The translations under genes were made by a program, and so were the position numbers. This document shows positions 52,607-62,710 of a DNA stretch of 64,000 nt, piece after piece (positions within the stretch are counted from its first letter, which is position 1; the number at the start of each line of letters is the position of its first letter). Source of the stretch: Gemmatimonadota bacterium (GTDB lineage: Bacteria > Gemmatimonadota > Gemmatimonadetes > Palauibacterales > Palauibacteraceae); the NCBI GenBank assembly GCA_963666735.1, contig OY762926.1, forward strand, positions 3,912,541 through 3,976,540, given 5' to 3'. The notes beneath the pieces are model-generated. The model was not told the origin of the DNA. It made no database searches and saw nothing but the letters and a program-made list of their open reading frames with translations.

Positions 52607-52762
52607 CGGTGCTGCGTCCCGCACCCGCACTTCGTCCACACACGATGCATACTCAATTCGGGCGAACCGGCCGCTCGCATGGGCCGCACTCCCCGGTAGC
52701 CTCGATCTCCCGCTATCTTTCCAGCGCTTCCAGATTGAAGACACCAAGGCAGGAGGAATCTC

Positions 52763-53998
52763 TTGGGAAAAGGAAACGCATCCGTACCAAGGGCTATATT
52801 TGCCTTGTCGGTCCATTTGATGGCTGCGGGGTCCGTGCGCGGGCAGCAGGTCATCGAACTCCCCGCCCAAGACCTCTGGTTGGAGTCTGACTTCGAGGGA
52901 GTGTACCGAGTTGGCTCCTTCGACGGGCCAGAATGGCAGCAGTTCGGTATGGTCGCAGGTGTGGCATTCGATGCGGCCGGCACACTTCACATCCTCGATG
53001 GTCAGGCGGCACGTGCATTTGTCGTCGGCTTGGACGGCCAACTCATTCGCGAGTACGGCCAGGCGGGGGAGGGTCCGGGTGAATTCGAGGAAGCCGGCTG
53101 GATCGGTGTGGCCAGGGGCGGTCGCGCGATCATCTTCGATTTCCAACGCAACGGCTTCCATGTCTTTGATTCCGATGGCCTGATTGAGCGCTTGGTTCGG
53201 TTGCCGGGAGACTACAGCTTCATGCCGGAGCAACTGGACGTGCACGACGGGGACGGAATCAGCCTGGTTCCAAACGGTGCGGTGGGATCGGTGTCGCTGG
53301 CGGCGGCTTTGGCGGGGAGCCGTCCCGCGACCGCGGAGGGTACGCGGCCAGTCGTCCGGCTCGTCCTGGACGGTGACGGAATCCGGACGGACACCCTCGC
53401 CCTGGCATGGATGCCGGGTCCGGAGCAACGGCGTTTTCGTGCTCCGGACGGAAGGTATCGGGATAGAAGGTTGACTCCACCGTTGCTCGTCGGGGCTCTT
53501 CCCGGCGGTGGCGTGGTGTTTTCGGATACGTCTGCCTATCGCATCAGTATTGCGGATCCCGAAGGGACGATTGAACGCGTGCTTACGCGCCCGTTTGCTC
53601 CGAAGCCGATGACGGCCCGGATGCGCGAGGTTGCGAAGCAACGCGATATCGAGGCCTTCGAACGGGAGCTCCCGCGGCTGCGGAACACGATCAACATTTC
53701 AGATGACTTGGTCGCTCGCATGCGCGAACGGGAAGAGTCCTTCGAGTTTTTCCACGAGTTGTCGGTGATCCGAGAGCTACAGACCAGCCCGGACGGAATG
53801 ATCTGGATTCGGCGAAGTGGCGTCGATCCCATTGCCGTGGGACCGATCGATGTTCTTACCCCCGACGGTCGATATCTGGGCAGCTATCCGAGCGACCAGC
53901 CTATGCCGGCCGCTTTCGGTCCCGACGGACTGCTGGCTTTCATCGAGGCTGACGACCTGGGGGTGCAAACGGTGGTGGTGGCGCGATTGGACCTGTAG
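52763..53998 (+). CDS. secreted hypothetical beta-propeller-like protein, encoded in a lower-GC (about 56%) islet
   Basis: TTG start 7 nt after an AGGAGGA site; signal peptide; repetitive beta-rich sequence; local GC clearly below the roughly 70% flanks. Confidence 0.45.
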   Translation: MGKGNASVPRAIFALSVHLMAAGSVRGQQVIELPAQDLWLESDFEGVYRVGSFDGPEWQQFGMVAGVAFDAAGTLHILDGQAARAFVVGLDGQLIREYGQAGEGPGEFEEAGWIGVARGGRAIIFDFQRNGFHVFDSDGLIERLVRLPGDYSFMPEQLDVHDGDGISLVPNGAVGSVSLAAALAGSRPATAEGTRPVVRLVLDGDGIRTDTLALAWMPGPEQRRFRAPDGRYRDRRLTPPLLVGALPGGGVVFSDTSAYRISIADPEGTIERVLTRPFAPKPMTARMREVAKQRDIEAFERELPRLRNTINISDDLVARMREREESFEFFHELSVIRELQTSPDGMIWIRRSGVDPIAVGPIDVLTPDGRYLGSYPSDQPMPAAFGPDGLLAFIEADDLGVQTVVVARLDL

Positions 53999-54042
53999 AC
54001 GGCGACGGAGGGAAACCGCCTTGATTCGGGCGGTTGACACGG

Positions 54043-54321
54043 TCGAAATCGGGCTTCTCCGTGTACGATATGGAGACGCTGCCGACCCGAGATTCCCAGC
54101 GTTACAAGCCGTTGTTCCGGGCGGATGTGATTCCGGTAGAGATCGTCCCCACCAGCGGGAATCATTCGCGGGAAGCTGGCTCACAATACCCGTGCGTTGG
54201 TGATCCGGCCATCCAGCGTCCTGTGGACGCGGAGGCTCAGCCCGCGCCCGTCGCCGTAGACTCCGGGCCTGCTGACCGTTCGCACGAACGCGGCGGAGAG
54301 TGTTCTGGGCCGCTTCGTCAT
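54043..54321 (-). pseudogene. remnant of a tyrosine integrase N-terminus (phage/P4-type Arm DNA-binding domain, DUF4102-like) with an in-frame TGA and 3' truncation
   Basis: Found by reading the minus strand; it is not in the ORF track because the first segment is 46 aa: MTKRPRTLSAAFVRTVSRPGVYGDGRGLSLRVHRTLDGRITNARVL*. A strong AAGGAAGGAA RBS precedes ATG 54321. The same frame continues as ...RLVTLGISGRQRLHIVHGEARF (track ORF 53884..54165) before running into the convergent gene. Confidence 0.45.
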
Positions 54322-54347
54322 GGAGTTCCTTCCTTATGGCATATCAC

Positions 54348-55367
54348 TTACGACTCCTCGATTCCGACGACTCGGGCTGACGGCGGGTCCGTGCCCCCGA
54401 GTTGAGCGGCGAGATCCAAGGCGTCGATCGGCCAATAGGAGCGCGGACGCGGGCGCCGGACGCCGGGTCGGCCCGCTTCGGGGCGGCAACGGAGGATCGC
54501 CGCGGTCCAGCGCGCGGGCACCGCCTCCAGCCCGTGGACCGCGCCCAGGAGCGCCCCGCAGATCGCGGCGTTCGTGTCGGTATCGCCGCCCCTCATCACG
54601 CTGTCGATCACGCCCTCTTCGAGCGATGGGGCATGCCGCAGCTGCCACAGCGCGTTGCGGAGCGCGATCAGGACCCAGCCCATGTGCGTCATGTAGTCTT
54701 CCGGGGGCCCGGCCGCGGCCTCCTCGACACACGCCCGCACCGCCGGGCATACCTCCTCCCTATTCGCCCATGTCACGATCCGGTCGTACAACCCGCGCGG
54801 CGTAGGACCGCGGTCGATGGCGTGAGCGAGCGCCATCGCGAAGAGGGCGTTCGCGTCGAGGCAGACCCGATTCGGGTGCGTGAGGCGGGCGTCTTCCCGC
54901 GCCCAGCGCGCGACCGTGTGGAGGGGGTGGGAGGCGCTGAAGATGCCCAGCGGGCTGATTCGCATCAGCGCCCCGTTGGCCTGGCTCTCGACGCGCGGGT
55001 TTCCGAGCAGGCTGTCCCGGATCGTCAAGCCGCAGTCGAACGGGCTCGAATGGAGCCACTCCACGTATGCGCCGTTCGCCGCCTCCGGGTCGTACGGGCC
55101 GCGGGCGATCAGCGTGCGGGCAAGCGCCAGCGCCATCTCGGAGTCGTCCGTGGGCTGTCCCGCCAGCGTGTCGAACGTGCCCCCGTCCTCGAGGTTGCGG
55201 ACTCCGTTCGGGTACAGGCGGCGGATGGCCTCGGGCGTCCGAAACTCGACGAGGCTGCCGAGCGAGTCGCCGGCGAGTTGCCCGATGAGGCAGCCGCGTG
55301 CGCGGTCGAGCTTCGGATTCCGGCCGCGGGACGTTCCCGCGGGAACGTCTGCCGACGGTCTGGTCAT
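54348..55367 (-). CDS. ADP-ribosylglycohydrolase family protein
   Basis: CLIGQLAGDSLGSLVEF and DDSEMALALA N-terminal motifs and C-terminal GGDTDTNAAICGALLGA; start trimmed to the ATG at 55367, which overlaps the upstream stop. Confidence 0.75.
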   Translation of the reverse strand: MTRPSADVPAGTSRGRNPKLDRARGCLIGQLAGDSLGSLVEFRTPEAIRRLYPNGVRNLEDGGTFDTLAGQPTDDSEMALALARTLIARGPYDPEAANGAYVEWLHSSPFDCGLTIRDSLLGNPRVESQANGALMRISPLGIFSASHPLHTVARWAREDARLTHPNRVCLDANALFAMALAHAIDRGPTPRGLYDRIVTWANREEVCPAVRACVEEAAAGPPEDYMTHMGWVLIALRNALWQLRHAPSLEEGVIDSVMRGGDTDTNAAICGALLGAVHGLEAVPARWTAAILRCRPEAGRPGVRRPRPRSYWPIDALDLAAQLGGTDPPSARVVGIEES

Positions 55368-57223
55368 TCCTCCTCCATGCGCCGGGCCATCGCCGTCACG
55401 AGATCGGAATCGGGTTCGACGAAGATCGTTTGAACGCGGCTCGGGGCCACCGTGCCCGGCGAAGACTTCCGCGGCTTGCGGACGTACTTGCGGCGGGTCC
55501 AGACGACCGGGGCCGTGCGGTTGTGGCGCGCGCCGCTGTGGACCGCCGCCGCGGTCGCGGCCTCGAGCAGGTCGCGCCGCGGCGGATTCTCGTCCTTGCG
55601 CCCCCAGCGCAGAATCACATGCGCGCCCGAGGCCTGGGAGGCGTGCAGCCAGATATCGTCCGGTGCCGCGTGGCGGAACGTGAGGTCGTCGTTGTCGCGA
55701 GCGCCGCGTCCGACCCGGATCTCCAGCCCGCCCGAGGACCGGAGCCGAGTGTAGGGTGCCCGGAGTTCCGGGCCGCCTGCCCGAGGCCCCCCCGCGCCGC
55801 GGCGCACCGGCTTCCCGCCCGCCGCGGCCCACAGGGCGTCCGACGGGCCGGAGCCGGCGAGCCGCTCGAGGTAGGCGTCGAACTCGGCCGTGCGCTCGCG
55901 GGCCGACGCGATTGCGTCGGGCAGCCGCGCCAGGGCGCGCTCCCGGCGCCGGGCCTCGTCGAAAAAAGCCTCCGCGTTGGCGACCACAGTGCGGGCGGGA
56001 TCGAGCGCGATCTCGCGCGGAGCGCCGCCGAAGTCCGGCAGGGTCACGGCGGCCGCGCCCTTCGGCACCTCGTCCTTGCGGGCGAGGAGGATCTGGCCGA
56101 GGAGGCGGGGCTCGCCCGGCGGACCGGCCGCGGCCAGCTGCCGCGCGAGCGCGGCGGCGCGGCGCCGGTGCCGCTTCCGACGGGCGCGGAGGCGCTTGCG
56201 GAGCTGCGCGGTTTCGTCTCCGTCATCGGAGGCGGCTGCGGGGAGGGCCTGGAGGGCGGGGGCGGGGCCGCCGCCGGGGGCGAGCAGTTGCGCGGCCGCG
56301 GTCAGCATCCCGGCGGCGGGTCCGCTGCCGGCCCCTACGGGGTGCGGATAGGGCTGGGGGCCCCACGGGCGGTCGAGCACGAAGGCCGGCCGGGTCGGCG
56401 GGCCCGGCGCATCGGACGCGTCCGGCCCGCGCGGGGGCGCCGCCGCGAGCGCGTGGAGGGCGCGATATCGCGCGTACGCCCCGGCCGGGTCGGCTGCGGC
56501 CAGGATCCAGTCCACGTTGAGCGCGCTCGTCCATGCCCACGTCCGCAGCACGGCCTGTCGGCGGTCAGCCTCGTCCCCGGCCGGCACGGCGGCCCATTCC
56601 GCTTGCGATGGCGGAGCGGCAACGGCTTGCCGCTCGGACGAGGGCGGCACATAGTGCGCCCCGCGCCGCAGCGAGCGGTCGCCCGCATCCCTCGCGAGGA
56701 GCGCCGCCTCGATGCGCCACTCAGGGTCGGAATCGACTCCGGTCTCCCCGGCCCCGGGTGCCGCGGCCCCGGGCGCCCCGGGCCCGGCTTCGGCGCCGCG
56801 GTCCTCCGTTCGCCGGCAATGTACGGCGTTCCAGCGGCGGTCCTGGAGTTCGATTGCGAGCATCTCCCACGGGCGTCCCCCCCGGTCTCCCAGCGTCAGG
56901 AGCAGGGCACGCTCGTCCGCCGGCGCCCGCGCGTCCAGGAGCGACAGCCGTCCGATCCGCACTGCTTTCCCCTCCACCCCCGAGGCCGGCGCGTCGGCCC
57001 CGAGCTCGAGGATGTACCCATGCAGCGGGTGCAGCATCGCGACGAGCCGCGACCCGTCCTCGAAGGCGAGTTCCACGGCGCGCCGCCCCGGCGCCATGCG
57101 GAGGCCGGCGATACGGACGCCCCGCCAGCGATCGAGGATCTCGCGGGCGAGGGTCCGGGCGAGGAGGGAGTCGTATCGGATGCCCATTGCAACTATATTC
57201 GGGAACCCGCGCGATCCCGACAA
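55364..57223 (-). CDS. NFACT-family protein (RqcH/FbpA-like: NFACT-N domain ... NFACT-R/DUF814 domain) with an Ala/Pro-rich low-complexity middle region
   Basis: N-terminus DSLLARTLAREILDRWRGVRIAGLRMAPGRRAVELAFEDGSRLVAMLHPLHGYI (NFACT-N-like); C-terminus LTFRHAAPDDIWLHASQASGAHVILRW...LLEAATAAAVHSGA (DUF814). The start may be M13 (ATG 57187). Confidence 0.6.
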   Translation of the reverse strand: MSGSRGFPNIVAMGIRYDSLLARTLAREILDRWRGVRIAGLRMAPGRRAVELAFEDGSRLVAMLHPLHGYILELGADAPASGVEGKAVRIGRLSLLDARAPADERALLLTLGDRGGRPWEMLAIELQDRRWNAVHCRRTEDRGAEAGPGAPGAAAPGAGETGVDSDPEWRIEAALLARDAGDRSLRRGAHYVPPSSERQAVAAPPSQAEWAAVPAGDEADRRQAVLRTWAWTSALNVDWILAAADPAGAYARYRALHALAAAPPRGPDASDAPGPPTRPAFVLDRPWGPQPYPHPVGAGSGPAAGMLTAAAQLLAPGGGPAPALQALPAAASDDGDETAQLRKRLRARRKRHRRRAAALARQLAAAGPPGEPRLLGQILLARKDEVPKGAAAVTLPDFGGAPREIALDPARTVVANAEAFFDEARRRERALARLPDAIASARERTAEFDAYLERLAGSGPSDALWAAAGGKPVRRGAGGPRAGGPELRAPYTRLRSSGGLEIRVGRGARDNDDLTFRHAAPDDIWLHASQASGAHVILRWGRKDENPPRRDLLEAATAAAVHSGARHNRTAPVVWTRRKYVRKPRKSSPGTVAPSRVQTIFVEPDSDLVTAMARRMEEE

Positions 57224-57314
57224 ACTCCGCGATCGAAACGAACCTCACGTGGACAAGCTTCACCCGATCATCCATGCGGCCGGCATCGAGGAGCGCGCGC
57301 CCGACTGGGCCGTG

Positions 57315-57854
57315 ATGAGCCCCGCGCGCATCAGCCACGCCAGGCGGGTCGGCCGGTTGATGCGGGACTGGGCGGACGCCCTCGGTCACGACAGGGAGAC
57401 GCGGATCCGCTGGCGCGCGACGGGCCTTCTGCACGACGCCTTCAAGGACGAAGCCGTGGAAGCCCTGCGTCCTCTGGTCGATGCGGCGGAGGAATGGCCC
57501 GACCCCCTCCTCCACGGACCGGCATGCGCGAACCGGCTGCGCGCGTCAGGCGTCGATGATGACCCGCTCCTGGGGGCCATCGCCTTTCACACCACGGGAC
57601 ACCGGGATCTCGACGCCCTCGGGCAGGCCCTCTACATGGCCGATTTCCTGGAGCCGGGCCGCATCGGCTCGGGTCGGGAGCGCGCCAGCCTGCGCCGCCG
57701 CATGCCGCACGAGTGGCCCGCCGTCCTGGTCGAAGTCGCGACCGTGAAGATCGGCATCCTCCTCGACTGCCTGATCCCCGTTTCCCGCGCGACCGCGGGA
57801 TTCTGGGAGGCGATCACCGGTCCGGTTGTCGCAAATCGCAAAACTGTTGATTAG
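57315..57854 (+). CDS. HD-domain phosphohydrolase (YqeK-like)
   Basis: H...HD motif (ISHARRVGRL...GLLHDAFKD); an alternative upstream ATG at 57180 would overlap the divergent NFACT gene start. Confidence 0.55.
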   Translation: MSPARISHARRVGRLMRDWADALGHDRETRIRWRATGLLHDAFKDEAVEALRPLVDAAEEWPDPLLHGPACANRLRASGVDDDPLLGAIAFHTTGHRDLDALGQALYMADFLEPGRIGSGRERASLRRRMPHEWPAVLVEVATVKIGILLDCLIPVSRATAGFWEAITGPVVANRKTVD

Positions 57855-57890
57855 ATTGCCGAAGGAGCAGCAGCACGGGTAGCACGCAGG

Positions 57891-58586
57891 ATGGTGCGAG
57901 GCACGGTGGCGGCCGGGTACGGTCGACGGGTGGATGGGTGGACGACGGGAGGCGACAGAGTGCTTTCGAGGTCCAGACGACGGTCCAGGCGGGAGACCCG
58001 GCGGGGTCCCGAGGGTCGTACCCCCTATCGCAGGCGGCAGGGTTCCCTTCAGCGAGTGACGGCCGCATTCCGGGGACTGATCACGACGGCGGTGCTCATC
58101 GGCGCCGGCGCTCTCATCGGTCTCTTCTGGGAGGAATGGAAGGTCGTGCGACTCGCGGTTCTGGCCGGGACCGGATCGGTGTCGGCCGCGACCACGGAGA
58201 GTGCGCCGGCGGGCACGGCGGCCGCGGGGAGTCCGGCAACGGCGGGTGCCGCGACGGGCGAGACTCCGGCGCGTGAGGACCTGACGAACCGGATCAAGGT
58301 CGAAGTCCTCAACGGGGCCGGAGAGAGAGGGCTCGCGCGCCAGTTCGCGGAGCGACTCCGGCTCCTCGGGTTCGATGTGGTGGCGACCGGTAACGCCGAC
58401 CACTTCGACCACGCGATCACACACGTCCTGGATCGGTCGGGCCGCCTCGGCGCCGCGGTGGAAGTCGCCCGCGAGCTGAGTACGGACTCGCTGGCCGTCG
58501 CCCTCGAGCCTGAACTCTACCTCGACGCGAGCGTGGTGGTGGGGAGCGACTGGGCCGGCCTGCTCGGAAACATCGGAAGGGACTGA
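57891..58586 (+). CDS. LytR_C domain-containing membrane protein
   Basis: N-terminal TM helix followed by Ala/Thr/Gly-rich linker and a C-terminal LytR cell-envelope-related domain (VEVLNGAGERGLARQFAERLRLLGFDVV); start uncertain. Confidence 0.5.
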   Translation: MVRGTVAAGYGRRVDGWTTGGDRVLSRSRRRSRRETRRGPEGRTPYRRRQGSLQRVTAAFRGLITTAVLIGAGALIGLFWEEWKVVRLAVLAGTGSVSAATTESAPAGTAAAGSPATAGAATGETPAREDLTNRIKVEVLNGAGERGLARQFAERLRLLGFDVVATGNADHFDHAITHVLDRSGRLGAAVEVARELSTDSLAVALEPELYLDASVVVGSDWAGLLGNIGRD

Positions 58587-58609
58587 GCGGGACCGGCAGC
58601 CACCGCCTG

Positions 58610-59680
58610 CTAGCTTTCCCGCGACAGGCGCAGTTGTCCGCAAGCGGCGGCGATATCTCGTCCCCGCGGTCTTCTCACCGCGTTGCCCACTCCCCGCGCG
58701 GCGAGCGCATCCGAAAAACTCGCGATCCCCTCGGCGGAACTCGGCCCCCACTCCGGACGCGAGGGGATGGGATTGAAGGGGATGAGATTCACGAAGCAGA
58801 TGAGCCCCCGCGCCAGCCCTGCCAGCGACTCCGCCAGCGCCGGGTCGTCGTTCACCCCCCGGATGAGCGTGTACTCGAAGCTGATGCGCCGGTTCTTGTA
58901 GCTTTGATACGTGCGCAGGGCGTCGAACAACTCCGGCAGCGGGTAGCGCTTCTCGATCGGCATCAGTTGCAGCCGCAGCTCGTGGGACGGCGCGTGCAGC
59001 GAGACGGCGAGTTCGAACGGCTCCGGCCGCCGGGCGAGTTCCAGGATCCCGGGGATGAGTCCCACCGTCGACACGGTGATCCGCCGCGCCCCGAGACCGA
59101 ACCCTCCGTGCAGGGACGCGAGCGATCCGATGACGCCGTCGAGGTTCGCCAGAGGTTCTCCCATCCCCATGTACACGACGTTGGAGATCGGGTTGGACGC
59201 CGGCCGCCCCATGTCCTCGCGCGCCACGCGCAGGGAGTCGCGGTACTGCGCCACGATCTCGGCCGTCCTCAACTGGCGCCGGAATCCGAAGCCGCCGGTG
59301 GCGCAGAAGCGGCACGCGAGAGCGCAGCCGGCCTGCGACGAAAGACAGAGCGTGAGGCGGTCGCGCGTCGGGATGAGCACGGACTCGACGCGCTCCCCGT
59401 CCTCGAGCCGCCACAGGTGCTTCACCGTACCGTCCTTCGAACAAGCGACGTAGTCCGGTTCGATCGGCGTGAGGGAGAAGGCCGCGTCCAGCGTTTCCCG
59501 AAGCCCGGCGGGGAGGTTCGTCATCTCGTCGAAGGAGCGCGCGCCCCGCTCCCAGACCCACTTCTCGACCTGCCGCGCCCGGTACGCCGGCTCTCCCCGC
59601 GCGGAGAAGAACTCCGCCAACCGTGCCCGCCCGCCGTCTCCCGACTCCGCGAGCAGTTCCGCTCGTGTGCCTTCCGTCAT
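58610..59680 (-). CDS. rlmN: 23S rRNA (adenine2503-C2)-methyltransferase / tRNA m2A37 methyltransferase (radical SAM)
   Basis: CALACRFCATG radical-SAM cluster motif and RlmN-typical N-terminus. Confidence 0.9.
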   Translation of the reverse strand: MTEGTRAELLAESGDGGRARLAEFFSARGEPAYRARQVEKWVWERGARSFDEMTNLPAGLRETLDAAFSLTPIEPDYVACSKDGTVKHLWRLEDGERVESVLIPTRDRLTLCLSSQAGCALACRFCATGGFGFRRQLRTAEIVAQYRDSLRVAREDMGRPASNPISNVVYMGMGEPLANLDGVIGSLASLHGGFGLGARRITVSTVGLIPGILELARRPEPFELAVSLHAPSHELRLQLMPIEKRYPLPELFDALRTYQSYKNRRISFEYTLIRGVNDDPALAESLAGLARGLICFVNLIPFNPIPSRPEWGPSSAEGIASFSDALAARGVGNAVRRPRGRDIAAACGQLRLSRES

Positions 59681-59840
59681 CCCCCGCTTCTTGCTGGCGC
59701 CCCCGAAAATCGGCTATCTTCCACGGCGTTCCCCACTTCTCGGAACCGGTTCCGAGCCGACTCTTTTTTCGCCGCGAGTTCTCCTGACCAAACTATCGCT
59801 ACCGACCGAACGGCGTGAGCCGGCCTCCCTCGAGACCGCC

Positions 59841-61645
59841 TTGCGCGACGCCGGCTGCGGGCAGGTCGAGGCCTCGTGGTCCGGACGCGAAGTCCGGGTC
59901 ATCGGGTGGGTACACCGCCGTCGCGACCTCGGAGGACTCTTCTTCGTCGATCTGCGCGACCGGACCGGCCTGCTCCAGTTGTCGTTCGGTCCGGAGTGGT
60001 CGGACGCCGCCAGCCTCGAACTCGTGGCGGAGTTGAACCCGGAGGATGTCGTGCGGGCCACGGGTGTCGTCGCGCCGCGCCCCGAGGCCAACCCGGACAT
60101 GCTCACGGGCGAGATCGAGATCCGCGTGTCGAGCTTTCGGCGGGTGTCCGTCTCCGATCCACTCCCGATCCTCGTCTATCAACCCCCGGACGAAGAACTG
60201 CCTTCGGAGGAACTTCGCCTCCGCCACCGGATCCTCGACCTGCGCCGTCCCGAGATGCAGCGCAACCTGAGGCTCCGGCACGTCGCCACCAACGCCGTAC
60301 GCGCCTCGCTCACCGAGCAGGGATTCGTCGAGATCGAGACCCCGCTCCTCACGCGGCAGACGCCGGAGGGGGCGCGGGACTACCTCGTCCCCAGCCGGGT
60401 CCACCAAGGCCGGTTCTTCGCTCTCCCGCAGTCGCCGCAGTTGTACAAGCAGCTTCTCATGTGCGGCGGCTTCGACCGTTACTTCCAGATCGCGAAGTGT
60501 CTCCGCGACGAGGATCTGCGGGCGGACCGCCAGCCGGAGTTCACGCAGATCGATGTGGAGATGGCGTTCGTCGAGCAGGACGATGTCTTCCGCGCCGCGG
60601 AGAAGATGTTCGCGCGCATCTGGCGGGACGGGCTCGAGCGGGACCTTCCCGTGCCCTTCCGGCGCCTGCCCCACGCCGAGGCGATGGAGCGCTACGGCAC
60701 GGACAAGCCGGACCTGCGCATCCCATGGGAGATTCGGGATTTCACGGGCGCGCTCACCGGCATCGGGTTCGGCATCTTCGACGGTGCCGCGAAGGCCGGC
60801 GGCCGCGTCCGGGGGCTCGTCGTGCCGGGCGGCGCGGCGCTTTCCCGCTCGCGCATTGCCCGCTATGACAAGCTCGCCCAGGAGGCCGGCGCGCGGGGCG
60901 CCCTGTGGCTGAAGCGGACTGCGGAGGGCTGGTCCGGTCCGCCCGCGAAGGTCGTGGGCGAGGAAGTCGCGCGCGCGCTCGAGGCGGAGTTCGGGGTCCG
61001 GGAGGGCGACCTCATCTTCTTCGTCGCCGGCCGCGACGGGGAGAGTTCGCCGGCCCTCGACCGGCTGCGGCGCGCGGCGGCCCGCGAACTCGGGGCCCTG
61101 GACGAGAGCGGAGAGGAATGGCTCTGGATCACGGAGTTCCCCCTCTACGACCGGGATCCCGAGACCGGTCTCCCCGTCCCGGCCCAGCACGCCTTCACGA
61201 TGCCGGCGGACCCCGACCCCGAGCGCCTGCGGGAGGACCCGCTCTCCATGAACGCGGTCGCGTACGACATCGTCTACAACGGGATCGAGTTCGGCAGCGG
61301 GAGCATCCGTTGCCACCTTCCCGAGGTTCAGCGCGTCATCCTCGAGGCGACGGGGCTCACGCCGGAGGAGGTCGAGGCGCGCTTCGGCTTCCTGCTCGAG
61401 GCGTTCCGCTACGGCGTCCCGCCGCACGGCGGGTTCGCGGTCGGCATGGACCGGGTGGTGGCCGAGATGGCCGGCTGCGCGTCGATCCGGGACGTCGTCG
61501 CGTTCCCGAAGACCGCGGCGGCCAGAGGGCTGCTCGAGCGGTCCCCATCGTCCGTGACCCCGGCGGAACTCGAGGAACTCGGGATCTCCGTGACCAGCGG
61601 GACGGGCGAGGCCGGCGAGACTGGAGGGACCGGAAGGAGCGGAAC

Positions 61646-61649
<4 letters not shown>
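59841..61649 (+). CDS. aspS: aspartate--tRNA ligase
   Basis: Class II aaRS motifs ([30 protein letters not shown]). The in-frame sequence after rlmN contains no ATG or GTG, so TTG 59841 (MRDAGCGQV...) is proposed; the track ORF 59469.. overlaps rlmN. Confidence 0.85.

Positions 61650-62706
<1,057 letters not shown>

Positions 62707-62710
<4 letters not shown>

Noticed and set aside
53999-54347. 123-aa plus-strand track ORF 54034..54405 in the convergent gap
   Set aside because: No homology signal. The minus strand here carries the integrase-remnant frame with a strong RBS, which explains the region better.
57180-57314. Extended start (ATG 57180) for the HD-domain gene
   Set aside because: It would overlap the divergent NFACT gene's start codon. 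The HD domain itself begins after M46, so the start at 57315 is preferred, but this remains uncertain.
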